Source: an uncultured Actinomycetes bacterium
GTDB taxonomy: Bacteria > Actinomycetota > Actinomycetes > S36-B12 > CAIYMF01
Direction: 5' to 3'
Assembly: GCA_963843975.1 (NCBI GenBank)
Contig: CAWJMG010000003.1
Coordinates: 2,400,001-2,432,000, forward strand
DNA: 32,000 bases
The notes beneath the pieces were generated by a model, which was given only the letters and a program-made list of their open reading frames with translations, was not told where the DNA came from and did not search any database. Shown in pieces: positions 25,504 through 32,000 of this stretch; within the stretch, counting starts at the first letter, position 1; every line of letters starts with the position of its first letter. The position numbers and the translations under genes were made by a program.

Positions 25504-26279
25504 ACCGTGTCCGTGAGTCGGGTCAGCCGCTGCACGCTGATGACGGCGGTGAAGCTGACGAGCATGAGGATGCTGGCGAGTGCGTTGATCTCGGGCGTGA
25601 CGCCGAACCGGACCATCGAGTAGATGACGATCGGGAGCGTCGGCGAGCTCGGGCCGTTCGTGAAGAAGGCGATGACGAACTCGTCGAGGGACAGCGTGAA
25701 GACGAGCAGCGCCCCCGCGACGATCGCGGGCATCAGCGAGGGGACGGTGATCCGGAAGAACGTCGACACCTGGCCCGCCCCGAGGTCGCGGGAGGCCTCC
25801 TCGAGCGACGGGTCGACCTGGGTCAGGCGGGCACGCACGACGGCCGTCACGAAGGCCATGCCGAACACCACGTGGGCGAGCAGCACCGAGTAGAGGCCGA
25901 GCGTCATCGACACGAGGGTGAACAGCACGAGCAGGCCGATGCCGAGAACGAGGTCGGGGAGGATCGCCGGCACCAGGGCGTAGGCGTCGAGCAGGTTCGA
26001 GCGCGAGTGCCGGTGCAGGCCCACAGCGAGCAGCGTCCCGAGAGCGGTCGAGAGCACGGTGGCGCCGAAGGCCACGATCAGCGTGTTGCCGAGGCCCTGG
26101 AGCACCTCCGCGTTGCCCGCGAGCTCGGCGTACCACTTCGTGCTGAAGCCGCCCCACGTGAAGGGCTGCTTGGACGCGTTGAACGACAGCACGACGAGCA
26201 CGAGGATCGGGAGGTACAGGAACACGTACGTGACCGCCATCGGCAGCCGGAGCCAGCCGAGGCTACGCATCGCGCCCAC
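25500..26279 (-). CDS. potC: Spermidine/putrescine ABC transporter permease (PotC-like)
   Basis: 6-TM permease with an EAA loop (EEASRDLGAGQVSTFFRITVP). Possible starts are GTG 26279 or ATG 26270, and both overlap the end of potB. Confidence 0.88.
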   Translation of the reverse strand: MGAMRSLGWLRLPMAVTYVFLYLPILVLVVLSFNASKQPFTWGGFSTKWYAELAGNAEVLQGLGNTLIVAFGATVLSTALGTLLAVGLHRHSRSNLLDAYALVPAILPDLVLGIGLLVLFTLVSMTLGLYSVLLAHVVFGMAFVTAVVRARLTQVDPSLEEASRDLGAGQVSTFFRITVPSLMPAIVAGALLVFTLSLDEFVIAFFTNGPSSPTLPIVIYSMVRFGVTPEINALASILMLVSFTAVISVQRLTRLTDTV

Positions 26280-27153
26280 CCCCGGAGACGCGGCGGGACA
26301 CCCAGGCCTGCAGGACGAACAGCAGCACGAGGAAGGCGATCACGACGATCGCGAGGGTCGAGCCGAAGGGCCAGTCACGCGCCTTCAGGAACTGGTCGCG
26401 GATCAGGTTGCCCACCATCACCGTCTTGCCACCGCCCAGCAGCTCTGGCACGACGAAGTTGCCGAGGCTCGGCACGAAGACGAAGAGGCAGCCGGTGAGG
26501 ACACCGGGCAGCGTGAGCGGGAGCGTGACGTCGCGGAACGTGCGCCACGGCGTCGCACCGAGATTGGCGGCGGCCTCGCGCAGCTGCGGATCGAGGCGCT
26601 CGATCGAGGCGTAGAGCGGCAGGATCATGAGCGGCAGGTAGGCGTAGAGCAGGCCCGCGACGACGGCGCCGGGCGTGTAGAGCAGCCCGAGCGGCTCGTC
26701 GACGAGGCCGAGGCCGAGCAGCGCCTTGTTGAGCGGCCCCTCGGAGTTGAGCAGGACGATCCAGGCGTAGGTGCGGATCAGGAAGTTCGTCCAGAACGGC
26801 AGCACGACGAGGATCAGCGCCACCGTGCGCCACCGGTGCGGCAGCTTGGCGATGCCGTACGCCACCGGGTAGCCGAGGAGCACGGCGAGCAGCGTCGTGA
26901 TGCCCGCGATCACCAGCGAGTTGCCGAGCACCGACACGTAGATCGGGTCCAGCGCGCGGACGAAGTTCTCGAGCGTCGGCTTCCAGACGATGCCGCCGAA
27001 CCGCCCCCGCTGGAAGAACGCGTATACGAGGACGAGCACGAGCGGCACCGCCATGAAGACGGTGAGGTAGAGCAGCCCGGGCCCGGTGAGCACGAGCCGC
27101 TCGCCGGAGGCGAGGCGCGAGCCCCGCCTCCGGCGAGTGGTGGCCTCGGACAT
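26263..27153 (-). CDS. potB: Spermidine/putrescine ABC transporter permease (PotB-like)
   Basis: 296 aa with an EAA loop (REAAANLGATPWRTFRDVTLP). ATG 27153 overlaps the potD stop by 1 nt. Confidence 0.88.
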   Translation of the reverse strand: MSEATTRRRRGSRLASGERLVLTGPGLLYLTVFMAVPLVLVLVYAFFQRGRFGGIVWKPTLENFVRALDPIYVSVLGNSLVIAGITTLLAVLLGYPVAYGIAKLPHRWRTVALILVVLPFWTNFLIRTYAWIVLLNSEGPLNKALLGLGLVDEPLGLLYTPGAVVAGLLYAYLPLMILPLYASIERLDPQLREAAANLGATPWRTFRDVTLPLTLPGVLTGCLFVFVPSLGNFVVPELLGGGKTVMVGNLIRDQFLKARDWPFGSTLAIVVIAFLVLLFVLQAWVSRRVSGGGRDA

Positions 27154-28289
27154 CAGCCCGCGGTCACCTCGGTCGCGATCTTCGTGTACTCGGGCCCGAA
27201 CTCGCCGAGGTCGACGAGGCTCTCGCCCTTGAGGAGCTCGGCCGGCGTCATGCCCATGTTCGGGTAGTCGGCCACGAGCGCGCCTGCCGCCTTGTCCATG
27301 GCCGCCTTGTTCGGGACCTTGTAGAGGATGTTGTCGATGACCCAGGCGCCGTTGTCGGCGTCGAGGACGTAGTTGATGAAGGCGTGCGCCGCCTCCTTGT
27401 TCTTGGAGGTCTTGAGGATCACCATCGTGTCGGCCCAGAGGTCGCTGCCCTCCTTGGGCACCACGAACTTGATGTCCTTGTTCTCAGCGATGCCGTAGTT
27501 GCACCAGCCGTCCCACGCCACGACCATCGACGCCTCGCCGGAGACCAGGCGCGAGTAGAACGTGGTGTCGTCGTACGCCAGCAGCGTCGGCTTGGTCTTG
27601 AGCAGCTGCTCCTTGACCTTGGCCATCTCGTCGGCGTTGGTGGTGTTGGCCGAGTAGCCGAGCAGCTTCTGCGCCGGGAGCATCAGCCAGCGCTCGGTCG
27701 CGAGGGCGGTGGTCTTGCCGGACACGTCGGCCGCCGGGTTGAGGACGTCGCCCCAGCTCGTCGGCGCGGTCTTCACGAGGTCGCTGCGGTAGCAGATGCC
27801 CGTGGTGCCCCAGGAGTAGGGAACGGAGTACTTGTTGCCCATGTCGTAGGCGAGCTGCGAGGCCTCGGGGTAGAGGTTCTTCAGGTTGGGGACCAGGTCG
27901 GCGTGGATCGGCTCGACCAGGCCCTGCTCGGCGAGCGCCTGCGCGAACTGCCCGGAGACGAACGCGACGTCGATGCCCGAGTCACCGCCGGCGGTGAGCT
28001 TGGCCATGATCTCTTCGTTGGTCGCGTGGTTGGTCACGGTGACCTTCGGGCCGACGGCCGACTGGAACTTCGTGGGCAGGTCCTCGGGCATGTAGCTCGC
28101 CCAGTTGGAGACCACGAGGCTCTGCGCCTTGAGATCCGCCTTCGGGTCGAGAGAGTCGCTCGGGAGTGCGCTGGCGCTCCCCTCGCCACCGCCGCTGCTG
28201 CTGCCGCAGGCGGCGAGGACGAGCATCGAGGCGGCGGCCCCGGTGGCCAGCCACATCGTGCGGCTGGTCGTGCGTGCGGTACGTCGCAT
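27153..28289 (-). CDS. potD: Spermidine/putrescine ABC transporter substrate-binding lipoprotein (PotD/PotF family)
   Basis: The start is placed at ATG 28289. Signal peptide with lipobox (MLVLAAC-GSS), then a PotD-like body (LVVSNWASYMPED...). The listed ORF extends 30 codons further upstream. Confidence 0.88.
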   Translation of the reverse strand: MRRTARTTSRTMWLATGAAASMLVLAACGSSSGGGEGSASALPSDSLDPKADLKAQSLVVSNWASYMPEDLPTKFQSAVGPKVTVTNHATNEEIMAKLTAGGDSGIDVAFVSGQFAQALAEQGLVEPIHADLVPNLKNLYPEASQLAYDMGNKYSVPYSWGTTGICYRSDLVKTAPTSWGDVLNPAADVSGKTTALATERWLMLPAQKLLGYSANTTNADEMAKVKEQLLKTKPTLLAYDDTTFYSRLVSGEASMVVAWDGWCNYGIAENKDIKFVVPKEGSDLWADTMVILKTSKNKEAAHAFINYVLDADNGAWVIDNILYKVPNKAAMDKAAGALVADYPNMGMTPAELLKGESLVDLGEFGPEYTKIATEVTAG

Positions 28290-28439
28290 GGAAAGGCTCC
28301 CGGTCGGGTCGAGTTCGAGCGCGCGGCCCCCGGCGCTTCTCGACGCCGGCGGCGCCCGGCGTGGGGCGGAGTGTTGCACCGGAACTCAGAGCCGCGCAAG
28401 GGTCTAAGGCGTTGGCGTAACAAGAGGTTTACCGAATCG

Positions 28440-28455
28440 TTGAATCCGGATTCAA
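28440..28455. promoter_or_regulatory. Perfect 16-bp palindrome, candidate TetR operator in the potD/TetR divergent region
   Basis: TTGAATCCGGATTCAA equals its own reverse complement. It is flanked by ACCGAA on both sides and sits in the most AT-rich stretch of the window, 77 nt upstream of the TetR GTG and 151 nt upstream of the potD ATG. Confidence 0.6.
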
Positions 28456-28531
28456 ACCGAAACATGCGCCGTGGGACTCTTCTCGTACGCCGACGGGCCG
28501 GGTACTGTGCGGCGTCCGGAGGAGGTGAGAC

Positions 28532-29146
28532 GTGGCCACAAGACCCAAGCCGCGCACCGAGCGCCGCGCCGACCTCGTCGAGGCCGCGCGGCGAGCGATG
28601 CTCGAGCACGGCACCTCCGTGCGCCTCAACCAGGTCGCCGAGCAGGCCGGTCTCACCTCGGGCGCCGTGCTCTACCACTACCCCGACCTGCAGGACCTCC
28701 TGCTCGACGCGAACCGCGCAGGCATGGAGCGGTTCCACGACTACCGCATGCGTGCCGTCGAGGGCATCGACGACCCTGCGCGCAAGCTCGTCGTCACGAT
28801 CGCGTCCGGCCTGCCCGTCGACAGCGACGACCCCGACGTCCGTCTGCTCTGCGAGCTCGGTGGCGCCGCCGCGCGCAACACCGTGTACGCGGCTCTGCTC
28901 ACCTCGCTCTACGACCGCCAGGTGGCGATGTACCAGGTGATCCTCGAGTCCGGCGCGGCCCAGGGGGCGTTCCGCCTGGCCGACTCGTCCCTCACGATCG
29001 GCCGTAACCTCGTGTCGCTCGAGGACGCCTACGGCTACCGCATGATGGCGCGCCACTCCAGCATCGACCACGGCACGGCCACCCGCTTGATCCTCGACTA
29101 CGCACGCCTCGCCACCGGGCACCCGCTCCCGGTCGAGGAGCCCTGA
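28532..29146 (+). CDS. TetR/AcrR-family transcriptional regulator
   Basis: HTH (VRLNQVAEQAGLTSGAVLYHYPDLQDLLLDA). The GTG start is preceded by GGAGGAGG. Confidence 0.9.
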   Translation: MATRPKPRTERRADLVEAARRAMLEHGTSVRLNQVAEQAGLTSGAVLYHYPDLQDLLLDANRAGMERFHDYRMRAVEGIDDPARKLVVTIASGLPVDSDDPDVRLLCELGGAAARNTVYAALLTSLYDRQVAMYQVILESGAAQGAFRLADSSLTIGRNLVSLEDAYGYRMMARHSSIDHGTATRLILDYARLATGHPLPVEEP

Positions 29147-29202
29147 CCGAAGCAGCAGCGCGCACGACCGACCGCCAACCACGAGCCAGGGAAGAGATAG
29201 CG

Positions 29203-30529
29203 ATGAGCAGCCGTCCGCTCACCATCCTGTTCATGCCGGAGTCGGCCTACGGACCCACCAACCAGTGCGTCGGCATCGGCGACGTCCTGCGCAAGCGGGG
29301 CCACAACGTCGTGTTCGCCGCCGAGGCGTCGTGGAACGGCAAGCTCGAGGCCCTCGGCTTCGGCGAGGATCTCGTCGACCTCGCCCCGCCCGCCGAGGAC
29401 GCCGGAGATCAGGACGCCGGCCAGTTCTGGAAGGACTTCATCCGCGACACCGCGCCGGAGTTCCGCAAGCCGACCGTCCAGCAGCTCGAGACCTTCATGG
29501 CCCCCACGTGGCAGGCGCTCATCGACGGTGCCCTGTACTGCGAGCCGCAGCTGCAAGGCGATCATCGAGCGCGTGCGGCCGGACGTCATCGTCGAGGACA
29601 ACGTCATCGCCTTCCCGGCGCTCGTCACGGCGGGCGTCCCCTTCGTGCGCATCGTGTCGTGCAACCCGCTCGAGGTGAAGGGTGCCGACATCGCCCCCGC
29701 CTACTCCGGCCTGCCCGCGGACGACCGCAGCGAGTGGGCCTCCTTCCAGGCCGAGTACGACCGCACCCACCGCCCGATGTGGGAGGCCTTCAACGCCTGG
29801 GTGGTCGAGCAGGGCGCTCCGTCGCTCCCCGACCTCGAGTTCATCCATGAGTCGGACGTCGCCAACCTGTACGTGTTCCCGGAGGAGGCCGACTACACCG
29901 ATGCCCGTCCGCTCGGCGCCACCTGGCACCGGATGGACTCCAGCGTCCGGGAGACCGACGTCCAGTACGAGCTGCCCGAGATCGTCCGCGACCGGCCCGA
30001 GGGCAGCGCGCTCATCTACCTGTCGCTCGGCTCGCTCGGCAGCGCCGACGTCGACCTCATGAAGCGGCTCGTCGACGTCCTCGGGCGCACCCCGCACCGC
30101 TACATCGTCAGCAAGGGGCCCCAGCACGCCGACTACGAGCTCGCCGACAACATGGTCGGGGCGGAGTTCCTCCCGCAGACCACGCTCATCCCGCAGGTGG
30201 ACGCCGTCATCACCCACGGCGGCAACAACACCACCACCGAGGCCGTCCACTTCGGCAAGCCGATGATCCTGCTGCCCCTGTTCTGGGACCAGTACGACAA
30301 CGCGCAGCGCATGGACGAGACCGGCTTCGGCGTCCGCCTCTCGACGTACGCGTTCACCGAGCAGGAGATGGACGCCGCCCTCGCGACCGTCCTGGACCCG
30401 GCGCTGCAGGCCCGCGTGGCCGCCGTCGGCGAGGCGGTCCGGGGCCGCGACGGCCTGCGCCGCGGGGCCGATGTCATCGAGCAGGTCGGCCGCGCCCACG
30501 TCGACTCCGCGGAGGGCGCAGGCGCGTGA
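29203..30529 (+). pseudogene. GT1-family (GT-B, UDP-glycosyltransferase/MGT-like) glycosyltransferase, split by a +1 frameshift near nt 29554
   Basis: The N-terminal domain is in the frame of 29203 (ILFMPESAYGPTNQCVGIGDVLRKRGHNVVFAA...ALIDGALYCEPQL). The remainder is in the next frame (KAIIERVRPDVIVEDNV...THGGNNTTTEAVHFGKPMILLPLFWDQYDNAQR). The 1327-nt span minus one base gives 442 codons. Confidence 0.82.
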
Positions 30530-31838
30530 CGTCGCCCTGGGCCGAGCTGGTCGCGGCGGCTGACCCGTCGCTCGTCCTGCCCGTGCGCCCGCGCGGTGCA
30601 GCGGTCGCGGTCGCGGGCCCGCTCTCGCTCGTGGACCTCATCGATCTCGGCGACGGCCACGGGGTGGGCGTGGCGCAGACCGGTGACGGCGACCGCTGGA
30701 CCGTTCCGCTGGTGCGGGAGGGCGATGCCGTACGCCGCTCGCTGCCCGGCGACGGCACGGCCGAGCGGCTGGTGGAGCTGCTCACCCGCGACCCTTCCGA
30801 GCGCTCGGCGGGCCCTACCGCGTCACGACCTGGCACCACGAGCCCGTCTCCGGCGAGCGCGGCGTCACCGTCGACCAGACGAACGAGTCGGTCGTGGTCG
30901 GCGAGCGCGCCGTGGTCAAGTGGTGCCTGCGCCTCCCAGCCGGCGACGAGCCGGGATCGCCTGCGCCCCAGCGGCTCGCGGCCCTGGCCGCCGCCGGGTT
31001 CGACGAGACGCCGCGGCCGTGGGGGTCGGTTGAGCGGGTGGTCGACGGGCGTTCCGTGCTGCTCGCCGCGGTCGTGGAGTTCCTTCCCGGCGCGCTGGAC
31101 GGCTGGGACTGGATGGTCGACGACGTGCGCGCGTTCGCGCGCGCCGACCTCACTCTCGACGAGGCGCTCGCACCGGCGAAGCGGCTGGGCTCGCTGACCG
31201 CCCGGATGCACGTCGCCCTCGCAGCGACGGGTCGCGCCGAGGCGACGGACGAGCAGGCCGAGGCCTGGTCGCGCCGCGCGCTGTCAGACCTCGCCGAGGC
31301 GGTCGAGTCGGTCGGCGGCGACGAGGGCGACCGGCTCCGTGGGCGGGCCTCGCGTATCGAGGCGGAGCTCGACGTGCTCGCCTCCTCCGCGGGAGCGGTG
31401 CTCATCGACGTCCACGGCGACCACCACGTCGGCCAGGTGCTGCGCCACGGCGACCCCGCGCAGTACGCCGTCACCGACTTCGACGGCAATCCGGTGCTGA
31501 CGCCGTCCGAGCGGCTCGCCCGCATGCCGGCCGCCGTCGACGTGGCCGGGATGCTCGCCTCGCTCGACCATGTCGGGCGCGTGGTGCTGTTCCGCACCGA
31601 GGGCGTGGACGGCGCAGCCGTGCGGCTCTGGATCGACGAGGCGCAGCGGGCGTTCCTCCACGACTACCGCGACACGCTCGCCCGCATGCGGTCCGCGGAC
31701 CTCCTCGACGAGCACCTCCTGCTGCCGCTGCGCCTGCACCAGGAGGTGCGCGAGTATCTGTACGCGGTACGCCACCTCCCGCACTGGGTCTACGTGCCCG
31801 ACCTCGCGCTCGCCGACCTGATCCCGTCCGAGGAGTAG
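30526..31838 (+). pseudogene. Maltokinase-like (APH/eukaryotic-like kinase fold) sugar kinase, split by a -1 frameshift around nt 30798-30816
   Basis: GTG 30526 overlaps the glycosyltransferase stop (GTGA). High GC3 runs in that frame to about 30812, then switches frame: GPYRVTTWHHEPVSGERGVTVDQTNESVVVGERAVVKW...VHGDHHVGQVLRHG...TDFDGNP...RMPAAVDVAGMLASLDH. These resemble the maltokinase motifs DQSNTS and VHGDLHLGQVL..DFEGEP. The 1313-nt span plus one base gives 438 codons. Confidence 0.8.
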
Positions 31839-31840
31839 CA

Positions 31841-32000
31841 GTGGAGCCCGACCTGTTCGCCGCCGATCTGGCCGAGAAGCCCGCCCGGCTCGCAGCCCTC
31901 GCAGACGTGCTCGCGTCGGAGGACCCGTGGAGCGTCCTGCCCCAGGACGTCCGCCGCGTCGTCCTGGTGGGCATGGGCTCGTCCGCGTACGCCTCCGGGG
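31841..32000 (+). CDS. SIS-domain (phosphosugar isomerase/aminotransferase-like) protein, 5' part only
   Basis: GTG 31841 follows GAGGAG. VEPDLFAADLAEKPARLAALADVL...RRVVLVGMGSSAYASG is the start of a SIS phosphosugar-binding motif. The gene continues past the window edge. Confidence 0.65.
   Translation, partial: MEPDLFAADLAEKPARLAALADVLASEDPWSVLPQDVRRVVLVGMGSSAYASG

Noticed and set aside
1-32000. Search for tRNA, rRNA, CRISPR arrays, prophage or defence-island content
   Set aside because: No gap is long enough for rRNA and none shows tRNA hallmarks. There are no regularly spaced repeat arrays. No nuclease/helicase/ATPase combinations, toxin-antitoxin pairs or phage structural genes were recognised. 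The window looks like core chromosome apart from the IS30 element.

Overview
This is a very GC-rich (about 70% by eye; third codon positions almost all G/C), densely coding, actinobacterial-type chromosomal segment with about 31 genes. Left to right: pstS (3' part)-pstC-pstA-pstB phosphate uptake operon; a Dabb-domain protein; a small Cys-containing hypothetical; an SDR plus glgC (minus strand), divergent from a glgA/glgM-type glucosyltransferase plus an EamA transporter; a 497-aa orphan protein with a Rossmann motif; a 61-aa membrane protein; a DEAD-box helicase; an MFS transporter; one complete IS30-family element (1174 bp, 24-bp imperfect inverted repeats); an NAD-epimerase-like gene divergent from a TetR regulator; a translationally coupled pair of S51/cyanophycinase-like proteins, the first with a CysRS-C-terminal-like tail; a second MFS transporter; a PAC2 protein; a CPBP protease; a six-gene minus-strand polyamine uptake/catabolism operon (potD-potB-potC-potA-FAD oxidoreductase-aldehyde dehydrogenase); a second TetR; and a GT1 glycosyltransferase / maltokinase-like kinase / SIS-protein cluster that runs off the right edge. 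I saw no rRNA, tRNA, CRISPR array, prophage, or recognisable defence or toxin-antitoxin module. The points most worth a second look are: (i) the S51 pair with the tRNA-synthetase-like tail; (ii) an identical 13-mer on both sides of the first TetR gene, which ties it to two flanking operons; (iii) the IS30 element filling what was a roughly 12-16 bp operon junction; (iv) three genes (pstS, the glycosyltransferase, the kinase) each broken by a single-base frameshift; (v) a perfect 16-bp palindrome in the pot/TetR divergent region. I could not confidently identify a clearly novel multi-gene system. The S51/CysRS-tail module and the GT-kinase-SIS cluster are the best candidates. All family assignments are by-eye motif recognition, not database searches.
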